Shown: in pieces, positions 1-10,887 of the stretch
How the letters are laid out: every line of letters begins with the position of its first letter
Position numbering within the stretch: the first letter of the stretch is position 1
From: Arenimonas sp.
GTDB lineage: Bacteria > Pseudomonadota > Gammaproteobacteria > Xanthomonadales > Xanthomonadaceae
Length of the DNA stretch: 64,000 nucleotides
Direction of reading: 5' to 3'
Assembly (NCBI RefSeq): GCF_044348765.1
Contig: NZ_JBIKSE010000004.1
Span: 2,981 to 66,980, forward strand
Translations under genes and position numbers: made by a program
The notes under the pieces: generated by a model
Told to the model about the DNA's origin: nothing
The model's database searches: none
The model's input: only the letters and a program-made list of their open reading frames with translations

Positions 1-126
1 ATCGTGCTGGATACCACCGCACCGGAAGCAGCGGCCTCGCACGAACCGATTTATCATATCAACGTTCCCGCGCACTCTCTGCTGATTCTCGCGCGCGCCC
101 AAATTGCACAGGAGTTTCATCCATGA
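1..126 (+). CDS. 3' end of a gene running into the window, probably glycogen debranching enzyme GlgX (partial)
   Basis: Frame 1 is open from base 1: IVLDTTAPEAAASHEPIYHINVPAHSLLILARAQIAQEFHP*. This resembles the GlgX C-terminal 'vlDT...y.v.ahSll.l' pattern. Its TGA (124-126) overlaps the malQ ATG (ATGA). Confidence 0.5.
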   Translation: MVLDTTAPEAAASHEPIYHINVPAHSLLILARAQIAQEFHP

Positions 127-1643
127 TCGATCTGCAACAACGCCAAGCCGGTGTGCTGCTGCATGTCACTTCACTGCCCGGCCCAAACGGCATCGGCGAC
201 TTCGGACCGGATGCATTCCGATTCGTCGACTGGCTGGCATCGGCCGGACAGAAGATCTGGCAGTGGCTGCCGACCACGCCAATCGGACCCGGCGACTCGC
301 CGTACCAGAGCGTGTCGGCCTTTGCCGGATCGCCCTTGATGGTGGCGCTTGAGCCGCTGCTGATGGCCGGCTGGCTGGGCAAACCGGAAATGCCGAAGGA
401 TGGATTCAACGCATTGCGCGTGGATTTCGCAAAGGTGGTGCCTTGGCGGCTGATCCAGCTGCGCGCCGCATTTGCCGGCTTTGTGGCCAAGAACAATGCT
501 GGCGAACAGGCCGCGTTTTCCGCATGGCGCAGCCGCGAAGCGTCCTGGCTGGATGATTACGCGCTGTTCATGGCCCTGGAAACCGAAAACGCCGGCAAGG
601 CCTGGTGGCACTGGCCGGAGGCATTGTGCCGTCGCGAAACCTCCGCTCTGGCCGACGCACGAACGCGTCTGCAGGATGAAATCGCATTCTGGGCGTTTGT
701 GCAGTGGTGCTTCGACACCCAGCTGGCCGCGCTAAAGCAGTATGCCAACGGAAAAGGTATCGCCATCATGGGCGATCTACCGATATTTATCGCCCACCAT
801 AGCGCCGACTGCTGGTCGCGTCCGGACCTGTATACACTTGATGAACATTTCCAGCCTACCGTGGTCGCCGGTTGCCCGCCGGATGCAATGGCACCGACCG
901 GGCAACGCTGGGGCAACCCGCTGTACCGCTGGGATAAAATGGCGGAAGAAGATTACGCCTGGTGGAGCGCCCGACTGAAACGGGCCTTGAATCAAGCCGA
1001 TGTGTTCCGGATCGACCACTTCCGTGGCTTCGCCGGCTATTATGAAATTCCTGCGAGCTGTCCGACCGCCGAAGAAGGCCGATGGGTTCCTGGCCCAGGC
1101 AAGGCCTTGTTTGAAGCCATCGAGCGTATGCTTGGCCGGCTTCCGATTGTCGCCGAGGACCTCGGACTGATTACTGAAGACGTCATCGCGCTGCGTGATG
1201 GCTTCGCCTTCCCTGGCATGAAAATATTGCAGTTCGGCTTCGGTACCGACGGTACCGATGATTTCCTGCCGCACAACTGGAGCCGGAATTTCGTGGCCTA
1301 TACGGGTACTCACGACAACGACACCGTGCGCGGTTGGTGGGATTCGGCCAGCGAACGTGAACGCGTTTATGCCGGCAGTTATCTGGCCACCGATGCCGGC
1401 GATGTGCATTGGGCAATGATCCGCGCCTGCTGCAATTCAGTGGCGGACATCGCAGTATTTCCACTACAAGACGTGCTCGGTCTGGACGGTGCGCACCGGA
1501 TGAATGTGCCCGGCACCATCGGTGCGCATAACTGGACTTGGCGTTTCCACTGGGATTGGCTGGGCAGCGAGCCGGCACGCGTGCTTGGTCTGATCTGCGC
1601 TGCAAGCGGAAGGTCACCGGTCGCGCTGCTGCAACTGCCATGA
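123..1643 (+). CDS. malQ: 4-alpha-glucanotransferase (amylomaltase, GH77)
   Basis: GVLLHVTSLP, DSPYQS.SAFAG, GDLPIF, QRWGNPLY, RIDHFRGF, AEDLG, YTGTHDNDT and RMNVPG...NWTWR motifs; GGAG upstream. Confidence 0.95.
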   Translation: MIDLQQRQAGVLLHVTSLPGPNGIGDFGPDAFRFVDWLASAGQKIWQWLPTTPIGPGDSPYQSVSAFAGSPLMVALEPLLMAGWLGKPEMPKDGFNALRVDFAKVVPWRLIQLRAAFAGFVAKNNAGEQAAFSAWRSREASWLDDYALFMALETENAGKAWWHWPEALCRRETSALADARTRLQDEIAFWAFVQWCFDTQLAALKQYANGKGIAIMGDLPIFIAHHSADCWSRPDLYTLDEHFQPTVVAGCPPDAMAPTGQRWGNPLYRWDKMAEEDYAWWSARLKRALNQADVFRIDHFRGFAGYYEIPASCPTAEEGRWVPGPGKALFEAIERMLGRLPIVAEDLGLITEDVIALRDGFAFPGMKILQFGFGTDGTDDFLPHNWSRNFVAYTGTHDNDTVRGWWDSASERERVYAGSYLATDAGDVHWAMIRACCNSVADIAVFPLQDVLGLDGAHRMNVPGTIGAHNWTWRFHWDWLGSEPARVLGLICAASGRSPVALLQLP

Positions 1644-1695
1644 GCTCCTTTCAGAAATTTTGATTCCTCTTCAACTTTACAAACCGGAGTTCGGC

Positions 1696-3414
1696 ATGCC
1701 GTCAATGAAAAGCCCTTTTCTGGCTTTACTTATGTCTCTCGCCTCTGGTCTGGCATTTGCAATGCCAGCCGGTCATGAGTATGCAGCAGCTTCCGGGAAA
1801 TTCAGCAACCCCGTAATACCGGGTTTCGCGCCAGATCCTTCGATCGTCCGTGTTGGTCAGGACTTCTATCTAGTCAGCTCCAGCTTTGAATACTTTCCGG
1901 CGCTTCCCATTTACAAAAGCCGCGACTTGGTAAATTGGACTTTGATAGGACATGCGCTTTCAGATCCCAATGTTTCCGGCCTCCACATGGTTGAATCCAG
2001 CGGCGGCGTGCAGGCAGCAACTATCCGTTACCATCAAGGTACTTTCTATGTCGTCACTACCCGCATCGTTGATGGGAAGATGGCCAGTTTCATCGTCACG
2101 GCAAGAAACCCTGAAGGACCATGGTCCGCACCGAAAATCATTACCGATGCCGTTGGCATCGATCCCTCGCTGTTCTTCGATGATGACGGTCGTGTCTGGT
2201 ATACGGCAAACTGGATTCCTCCGGATCCCGAATTCGATGGACAGGCTGAGATTTGGTTGCAGGAGCTTGACCTAAAGCGTTTTGTCCTGAAAGGCCCCAG
2301 ACATTTCATCGGACGCGGCTGCTGCCAGGGCGTCTGGGCAGAAGGTCCGCATATCTACAAACGGAATGGACGATATTATCTTCTGATCGCTGAGGGTGGC
2401 ACATCCTATGAACATGCCGTTTCCATCTCAGTGGCCGATACCATCACCGGCCCCTACAAAAACAACCCACGAAACCCGGTTCTCACGCACCGCAACCTCA
2501 GCTACGACCATCCGATTACCGGGATTGGACATGCCGATCTGGTTGAACTCGATGATGGTCGGTGGTATGCGGTGGCGTTGGGCTGGCGGCTACTGGATGG
2601 CAGACATGGCATTCTGGGGAGAGAGACGTTTCTGGTGCCGGTCCTCTGGGAAAGCGAGCGCGAATGGTGGAAAGAAAACAAGCAGACCTTTCCGGTGTTC
2701 AGCCCGGATAGCGGCAAAGTGGAATCTCATTTTCCATTGCCTTTTCCCGCCCTACCCCAGGCAGCCCCTGCCGAATTCAGGGATGAATTCAATACCACGG
2801 CGTTGAATCCCGAATGGACGTTCCGGCGTGCACCAATCCGTCCTTTCCACAACCTTCGGGACAATACAGGCGAACTAAGGCTGTTTCCACAACCGGGTGC
2901 TTTTGCCGAACGTACTCAATACAGTTTTGTCGGCATTCGACAACGCCATTTCCAGTTCGAATCCAGCACTGTAATGGCCTTTTCACCGGAACATCATGAA
3001 GAAGCCGGCCTTGCCATCGTTCAAAAAGACAATGCGGCATATGCGATGACTTTGGCCAAATCGGTAAGCGGGAAAAATGTCATCCGCGTCTCTCAAATGA
3101 CCGAGGCCGGGCCGACTATTTTATCGGAACAGGCCATATCGGAAACAAAAGTTTTCCTAAAGGTCACTGGCAATGCACTTGCTTACCAATTTTATTTTTC
3201 ATTGGATGGCAAGTCATGGTTGGCGACAGGTCCAGTAATCGATGGCTCGACACTCTCTCCTGCTGTGCTTCGCGGCTTCAACTACACCGGTGTTTTTATC
3301 GGTCTGTACGCAACATCCAACGGATTGAAGTCAGATAATTATGCCGATTTTGAATGGTTCACCTACAGCCCCCGGTCTACCAAAGAAACCCTCGGTTTAC
3401 GACGGACCCAATGA
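1696..3414 (+). CDS. Secreted GH43 family glycoside hydrolase (beta-xylosidase/arabinofuranosidase-like) with C-terminal beta-sandwich domain
   Basis: NPVIPGFAPDPSI, SSSFEYFPALP, GIDPSLF, WAEGPHI and GHADLVE motifs; N-terminal signal-like segment. GGAG at 1686-1689 favours the ATG at 1696. Confidence 0.9.
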   Translation: MPSMKSPFLALLMSLASGLAFAMPAGHEYAAASGKFSNPVIPGFAPDPSIVRVGQDFYLVSSSFEYFPALPIYKSRDLVNWTLIGHALSDPNVSGLHMVESSGGVQAATIRYHQGTFYVVTTRIVDGKMASFIVTARNPEGPWSAPKIITDAVGIDPSLFFDDDGRVWYTANWIPPDPEFDGQAEIWLQELDLKRFVLKGPRHFIGRGCCQGVWAEGPHIYKRNGRYYLLIAEGGTSYEHAVSISVADTITGPYKNNPRNPVLTHRNLSYDHPITGIGHADLVELDDGRWYAVALGWRLLDGRHGILGRETFLVPVLWESEREWWKENKQTFPVFSPDSGKVESHFPLPFPALPQAAPAEFRDEFNTTALNPEWTFRRAPIRPFHNLRDNTGELRLFPQPGAFAERTQYSFVGIRQRHFQFESSTVMAFSPEHHEEAGLAIVQKDNAAYAMTLAKSVSGKNVIRVSQMTEAGPTILSEQAISETKVFLKVTGNALAYQFYFSLDGKSWLATGPVIDGSTLSPAVLRGFNYTGVFIGLYATSNGLKSDNYADFEWFTYSPRSTKETLGLRRTQ

Positions 3415-3914
3415 TGTATAGAATTGCCATCCGCGATATATCGCAAGGCGACTTCGAGCGGATCGTCGAACTCAATGCCGCCGCCGTGCAGCACACCAGT
3501 GCGATGGATGCTTTGCGGCTGAAGGAATTGCAGACGATGGCAAATTGCAACTGGGTTATTACCGTTGACGGCACCGTCGTCGGCTTTCTGCTGGCCATGC
3601 GCGAACGCGCCGGCTACGCCAATCCCAATTATGATTTCTTCGCTGCACGGTATCCGGTATTTCTATACATCGACCGGATTGTCATCGCACCGGAACATGC
3701 CGGACTGAAACTCGGCACCCGCCTGTACGAGGCGCTGTTCGAACATGCACGTGCGCAGGGCGTTCCGGTGCTGACCTGCGAATACAATATCGAACCACCG
3801 AACGAGCCGTCGCGGCGCTTCCATGACCGGTTTGGTTTCAGCGAAATCGGCACGCAAGCACTGGACAGCGGCAGCAAGTGGGTTTCGCTGCAGGCCGCGC
3901 CAGTCAGGCAATAA
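3411..3914 (+). CDS. GNAT family N-acetyltransferase
   Basis: FLYIDRIVI...AGLKLGTRLY, CEYNIEPPNEPSRRFHDRFGF; the ATG overlaps the GH43 stop (ATGA at 3411-3414). Confidence 0.85.
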   Translation: MMYRIAIRDISQGDFERIVELNAAAVQHTSAMDALRLKELQTMANCNWVITVDGTVVGFLLAMRERAGYANPNYDFFAARYPVFLYIDRIVIAPEHAGLKLGTRLYEALFEHARAQGVPVLTCEYNIEPPNEPSRRFHDRFGFSEIGTQALDSGSKWVSLQAAPVRQ

Positions 3915-3917
3915 AGG

Positions 3918-5896
<1,979 letters not shown>

Positions 5897-5911
5897 TGCG
5901 TATTAGACCAT

Positions 5912-5936
5912 AAAAAACCCGCCATTCGGCGGGTTT
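5912..5936 (-). terminator. Intrinsic terminator upstream of the TPP riboswitch
   Basis: Minus strand AACCCGCC-GAAT-GGCGGGTT followed by a T run. Confidence 0.85.
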
Positions 5937-6059
5937 CTTGGGCTTACCGGCCTTTCAGGCGGGCAGCGCGGCGACGGGCGCGGGCTTTTCTCATGACGGC
6001 GTACTCTGGATGAATTGATGACTATTGTCCCACAATCGACGGGTTCGCACCTGAACGGC

Positions 6060-6767
6060 TCAATCCGAGAGGTAATACTCGACCGTTGCCACCACCCGCA
6101 CGGCCTTGATATGTGGGGTATTGGCATCGCGCGCCTCCAGGCTGAACTGACCCTGGCTGGCTGATTTGATCTTGCCGAGCTTGCTGTTGGAGTCTTCCGC
6201 GAATTTTTGGGCAACCTGGCGAGCATTGCGAGTCGCTTCTTCAATCATCTGCGGTTTGAGCGCATTCAGTCCGGAGAATTGATAATCGGTGGACTGATAG
6301 CCGCCGCCGACACCGACGCCCTGCTTGCCGAGCTCGGCGATCTGGGTGTTCATCGCGCGTACCAAATCGATGTTCTTGGTGTACACCGTGGCGGTCTGCG
6401 TCGCGTAATAGCGCAAGCCACCGCGGTTGTCGTCGGCGTACTGGCCCTTGTCATTCACGTTCGGCGCCGACAGCGTGATCTCCTCCGCCCTGAACCCCTT
6501 GTCGAGAAGGAACTGACGGACCTTGCCGCTGTCTTTCTCCAGCTGCGTATACACCGCGGAAAGCTCGTTACCGCTGGCGGCGAAGGTCACCGGCCACAGC
6601 GCGGTATCTGCCGGCACATTGCGCTCCGACAGGCCTTTGACCGTCACCGTGCGTTCGTATTCCTTGAACCGGATCAGGCTCTGACCGAGAGTCAGGCCCA
6701 GCAGCAACAGGCCGAACAGAATACCGCCGGCAAGAATCCAGGCGCTTTTGCTAGTCGAAGTGGACAT
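6060..6767 (-). CDS. SIMPL domain (DUF541) protein
   Basis: N-terminal TM segment, RTVTVKGLSER.V.AD.A.W, KPQMIEEAT.NAR..A.KFA.DS..KLGKIKSA.QGQFS. Start set at the MSTST ATG behind GAGG. Confidence 0.85.
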   Translation of the reverse strand: MSTSTSKSAWILAGGILFGLLLLGLTLGQSLIRFKEYERTVTVKGLSERNVPADTALWPVTFAASGNELSAVYTQLEKDSGKVRQFLLDKGFRAEEITLSAPNVNDKGQYADDNRGGLRYYATQTATVYTKNIDLVRAMNTQIAELGKQGVGVGGGYQSTDYQFSGLNALKPQMIEEATRNARQVAQKFAEDSNSKLGKIKSASQGQFSLEARDANTPHIKAVRVVATVEYYLSD

Positions 6768-6853
6768 AAGGTATTCCTCAGCGGAGTTTCGGCCTATTAG
6801 AGCAAAAGCCGGAGGCATTGGCGATGCCGCCCGCTACGCTGGTTATGCGGCGT

Positions 6854-7714
6854 TTATCCGCCGAAGGCCTCGAGCTGCTTCAGGGCATGTGGCCAGAGGG
6901 TGTCTTTATGGATACTGCGGAAGAAATTCAGATGCCCGATGGCACGGCCACCGAAATCCGCAGGACGCAGGGTTTCCATGGCGACACTGCGCGCGTTCGG
7001 ATAATGCGCAATCAGGCTGCGCACCGCTTCCGGGGTGCCCCAGGGGTCGTCACTGACCTGGTACAGATGCAGGTGGCCTTTGAACGCCAAAGCATTGCCA
7101 CGGGGATCGAACTGGCGGGCATCGAATACGAAATCGGCCTGCTGAGCCCATTCGGCGAATTCGCGGCCGAGTTTCGCCGGCAGATCATGGCTCAAGCCTG
7201 CCCAGCCCGGCCAGTATCCGAATAAGGCCGTGGTTACCGGCACCAGGGCCGTCCAGGCGAACCAATGGAAATAACGATGCGGACGTGCCATCAAGGGCCA
7301 ATACGCGGACAAGGCGGCGACTCCGAGCAAGCCGTCAATGCGCGGACTGGCATAGGTCAACGCGGGCATCCAACCGCCGACACTGTGACCAACGATGTAC
7401 AGCGGCTGGCTCGGATGGCGTGCGCGCATCCAGTCGATGACCGCCGGGTAATCTTGCTCGGCCCATGAGGAAAATCCGATATCCGCATAGTCACGGATTG
7501 GACGCAGTTTCGATTGACCGACGCTCCGGAAATCGAAGGTAAGCACGTCGTATCCGTGGCCGGAAAGATACTTGCAGAAGTTGTAGTAAAACGTCTGCGG
7601 CACCGCCGTGGCCGGACCAACGATGACACTGCGACCGCGCCGGAAACCTGTTGCCGCAGGAAAAAGATGAGCGATCAGGCGGTCATCGTTGATGGCAATG
7701 TCGACTTTCTGCAT
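6854..7714 (-). CDS. Alpha/beta fold hydrolase
   Basis: DVLTFDFRSVGQS, nucleophile elbow GHSVGG, DDPWG acid, GHLNFF His; GGAG upstream of the ATG at 7714. Confidence 0.85.
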   Translation of the reverse strand: MQKVDIAINDDRLIAHLFPAATGFRRGRSVIVGPATAVPQTFYYNFCKYLSGHGYDVLTFDFRSVGQSKLRPIRDYADIGFSSWAEQDYPAVIDWMRARHPSQPLYIVGHSVGGWMPALTYASPRIDGLLGVAALSAYWPLMARPHRYFHWFAWTALVPVTTALFGYWPGWAGLSHDLPAKLGREFAEWAQQADFVFDARQFDPRGNALAFKGHLHLYQVSDDPWGTPEAVRSLIAHYPNARSVAMETLRPADFGGRAIGHLNFFRSIHKDTLWPHALKQLEAFGG

Positions 7715-7731
7715 CAGCAGGCTCCGATTCT

Positions 7732-10700
7732 TTACGGCACTGATTGCGCGGGCGTGTCGCATTCGACCTTGAACCAGGCGGCATACAGCGCCGGCAGGAA
7801 AAACACGGTCAGCGCGGTCGCCACAATCAACCCGCCCATTATCGCCACCGCCATCGGCCCGAAGAATACGCTACGCGACAGCGGAATCATCGCCAGTACA
7901 GCAGCCAATGCAGTCAGCACGATCGGTCTAAAACGGCGTACAGTGGCATCGATAATGGCGGCATACGGCGCGCTACCGGCCCGGATATCATGATCGATTT
8001 GATCGACCAAAATCACCGAATTACGCATGATCATGCCGGACAGCGCGATGGTGCCGAGCATGGCCACGAAGCCGAACGGCACGCGAAAAATCAGCAGGAA
8101 AGCGGTCACCCCGATCAGCCCCAGTGGAGCGGTCAACAGCACCATGAACGCACGCCGGAAGCTTCTCAGCTGCAGCATCAGCAGGGTCATCACCACCAGC
8201 AGGAACAAGGGTATGCCGGCAGCAACCGATTTCGAGCCGCGGTCGGAGTCCTCCACGGTGCCGCCGGTCTCCAGCAGATAACCGTTCGGCAGCGCGGCAC
8301 GGATGCTTTCCAGTTCCGGCAGGATCTGCGCGGTCACCGTCGGCGGTGCGGTCTCATCGTAAATATCGGCACGCACGGTAATGGTTGGCAGCCGGTTACG
8401 GTGCCAGATGATGCCGTCTTCCATGGTGTACTCGAGCGAGGCGATCTGTGACAGCGGAACGCTGGCACCGGAGTCAACCGGTACCGACAGGCTGTCGAGC
8501 AGATCGAGGTTGGCGCGTTCGTTGTCCGGACCGCGCAGCAGGATTTCGATCAGCTCATTGCCTTCGCGGTAGGTGCTGACCGTGGTGCCTGAAAGCGAAC
8601 CGCGCAGGAACGCCGCTAGATGAGTGGAGGTGATGCCGAGTGCGCGTGCGCGGTCCTGGTCGATGTTCAGACGCACGATCTTGCTGGGCTCGTCCCAATC
8701 CAGATTGACATTGACAACATGCGGATTGGCACGCACTTTGTTCGCCACGGCATGGGCAAGGCGTTTGACTTCGTCGATGTGTTCCCCGGAAACCCGGAAC
8801 TGGATCGGATAGCCGACCGGAGGACCGTTTTCAAGGCGCCATACCCGGGTCTGTACAGTCGGGAATTTTTCATGCATGAGCTGGATCAGCCAGGTCCGTG
8901 TCCGCTCGCGCGATTCGATGTCCTTGGTCAGGATGACGAATTGCGCGAAGTTGGCCTGTGGCAATTTCTGGTCGAGCGGCAGATAGAAACGTGGCGAACT
9001 GGCGCCGATATGGCTGACGTAGTTCACTAGATCCTTACGCTTGGCCAGTTCGCGCTCCAACCGCTCGGTAATGCGCTGGGTGTCCTTCAGCGAAGCGCCT
9101 TCGGCCAGTTCCACATCGACCATCAGTTCGAGTCTTGTGGAGGACGGAAAGAACTGCTGCGGAATGAACCGGAACAGCAGCACCGAAGCCACGAAGGCGG
9201 CGATGGTACCCAGAATCACCGCGCGCCGGTGCTGCAGACACCAGCCGACCCACTGTTTGAGTTGGTGGTAAAACGGTGTGCCATAGGGATCTTGATGCGT
9301 GGCGCCGGACTCCGCCAACCAAGCCTGTGCCCGTGCGGGAAGCAGATGCGAAATACGCTCTTTGAACCGGGACGGTTTGCGTTCCGATGGCGTATCCGCC
9401 GTATGCGCATCCGGCAGCAGCCGGTAGCCCAGGAAGGGAATGAAGATGACCGCCACGATCCAGCTCAGCAACAAGGCAATGGTGACAACCTGGAAGATCG
9501 AGCGCGTGTATTCCCCAGTCGAGGAATTGGCGGTGGCGATCGGCAGGAAGCCGGCAGCGGTGATTAAGGTACCGGTCAACATCGGGAAGGCGGTACTGGT
9601 GTAGGCGAACGCCGCCGCCGAAAGCCGGTCGAAGCCCTGCTCCATTTTAATGGCCATCATTTCGACGGCAATGATGGCATCATCAACCAGAAGGCCAAGC
9701 GCGAGGATGAGCGCGCCGAGTGAGATCTTATGCAAACCGATGCCGAAGTAGTACATGGTGGCGAAGGTCATTGCCAGCACCAACGGAATCGACAAAGCCA
9801 CTATCAGGCCCGGACGCTTGCCGAGCGAGAAGAAGCTGACCAGCAACACGATGATCACCGCCTCGGCCAGGACGCGGACGAATTCACGCACCGAATGCTT
9901 GACCACCGCCGGTTGGTCGGACACCTTCTCGAGCAAGATACCGGAAGGAAGGGTTTTCTGCAGGCGTTGGAATTCCGTTTCCAGCTGTTCGCCGAGTGCG
10001 ATGATGTCGCCACCCTTGCGCATCGAGACCGCAATGCCGATGCCTGGCTTGCCCAGGAAACGCATTTTCGGTGCAGCCGGATCGGCGAAACCACGAGACA
10101 CTTCGGCGATTTCGCCGAGCCGGAAATTGCGGCCGTTGGCGCGTACCGGGAAATTGCGGATTTCATCGATGGACTGGAATCCGCCGCTCACGCGCAATTG
10201 TACCCGGTCGGTCTCGGTTTCGAAGAAACTGCTGCTGTTGACTGCATTCTGGGCGTCAATGGCCTGCTGTACCTGATACATCGACAGGCCGAGCGTGGCC
10301 AGTTTGGTATTGGACAGATTGATCCAGATTTTTTCGTTCTGCAGACCGACTAGTTCAACCTTCGCCACATCCGGAACACGGTGCAGTTCGAGCTCGATGC
10401 GCTCGGCGTAGTTCTTGAGCGTGGCGTAATCGAAACCGTCGCCACTGAGCGCATAGATGTTGCCGAAGGTGTCGCCGAATTCGTCATTGAAAAACGGGCC
10501 CTGCACGCCCTGCGGCAGCGTATGCCGGATATCTCCGACCTTCTTGCGCACCTGATACCAGAGCTCGGGAACATGGTCGGAGGTCATGGCGTCTTTGGCC
10601 ATGAACATCACCATCGACTCGCCGGGCTTGGAATACGAGCGCAGGAATTCGTATTGCCCGGTTTCCAGCAATTTCTTTTCAATGCGGTCGGTCACCTGTT

Positions 10701-10887
10701 GGCTGACTTCAGCCGCCGTCGCACCCGGCCAGTACGTTTGCACCACCATAACCCTGAAGGTAAACGGCGGATCTTCCGACTGGCCGAGTTTCTGGTAGCT
10801 GAAAATGCCGACCAGTGCCAGCACCAGCATGGCAAATCGCACCAAGGTGCGGTTCTTGATCGCCCAGGCGGAAAGATTGACGCTCAT
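7732..10887 (-). CDS. RND efflux permease subunit (AcrB family, MexK-like)
   Basis: 1051 aa; NLSAWAIKN, LGQSEDPPFT, GLLVDDAIIAVE, RRFRPIVLTALAA. Confidence 0.93.
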   Translation of the reverse strand: MSVNLSAWAIKNRTLVRFAMLVLALVGIFSYQKLGQSEDPPFTFRVMVVQTYWPGATAAEVSQQVTDRIEKKLLETGQYEFLRSYSKPGESMVMFMAKDAMTSDHVPELWYQVRKKVGDIRHTLPQGVQGPFFNDEFGDTFGNIYALSGDGFDYATLKNYAERIELELHRVPDVAKVELVGLQNEKIWINLSNTKLATLGLSMYQVQQAIDAQNAVNSSSFFETETDRVQLRVSGGFQSIDEIRNFPVRANGRNFRLGEIAEVSRGFADPAAPKMRFLGKPGIGIAVSMRKGGDIIALGEQLETEFQRLQKTLPSGILLEKVSDQPAVVKHSVREFVRVLAEAVIIVLLVSFFSLGKRPGLIVALSIPLVLAMTFATMYYFGIGLHKISLGALILALGLLVDDAIIAVEMMAIKMEQGFDRLSAAAFAYTSTAFPMLTGTLITAAGFLPIATANSSTGEYTRSIFQVVTIALLLSWIVAVIFIPFLGYRLLPDAHTADTPSERKPSRFKERISHLLPARAQAWLAESGATHQDPYGTPFYHQLKQWVGWCLQHRRAVILGTIAAFVASVLLFRFIPQQFFPSSTRLELMVDVELAEGASLKDTQRITERLERELAKRKDLVNYVSHIGASSPRFYLPLDQKLPQANFAQFVILTKDIESRERTRTWLIQLMHEKFPTVQTRVWRLENGPPVGYPIQFRVSGEHIDEVKRLAHAVANKVRANPHVVNVNLDWDEPSKIVRLNIDQDRARALGITSTHLAAFLRGSLSGTTVSTYREGNELIEILLRGPDNERANLDLLDSLSVPVDSGASVPLSQIASLEYTMEDGIIWHRNRLPTITVRADIYDETAPPTVTAQILPELESIRAALPNGYLLETGGTVEDSDRGSKSVAAGIPLFLLVVMTLLMLQLRSFRRAFMVLLTAPLGLIGVTAFLLIFRVPFGFVAMLGTIALSGMIMRNSVILVDQIDHDIRAGSAPYAAIIDATVRRFRPIVLTALAAVLAMIPLSRSVFFGPMAVAIMGGLIVATALTVFFLPALYAAWFKVECDTPAQSVP

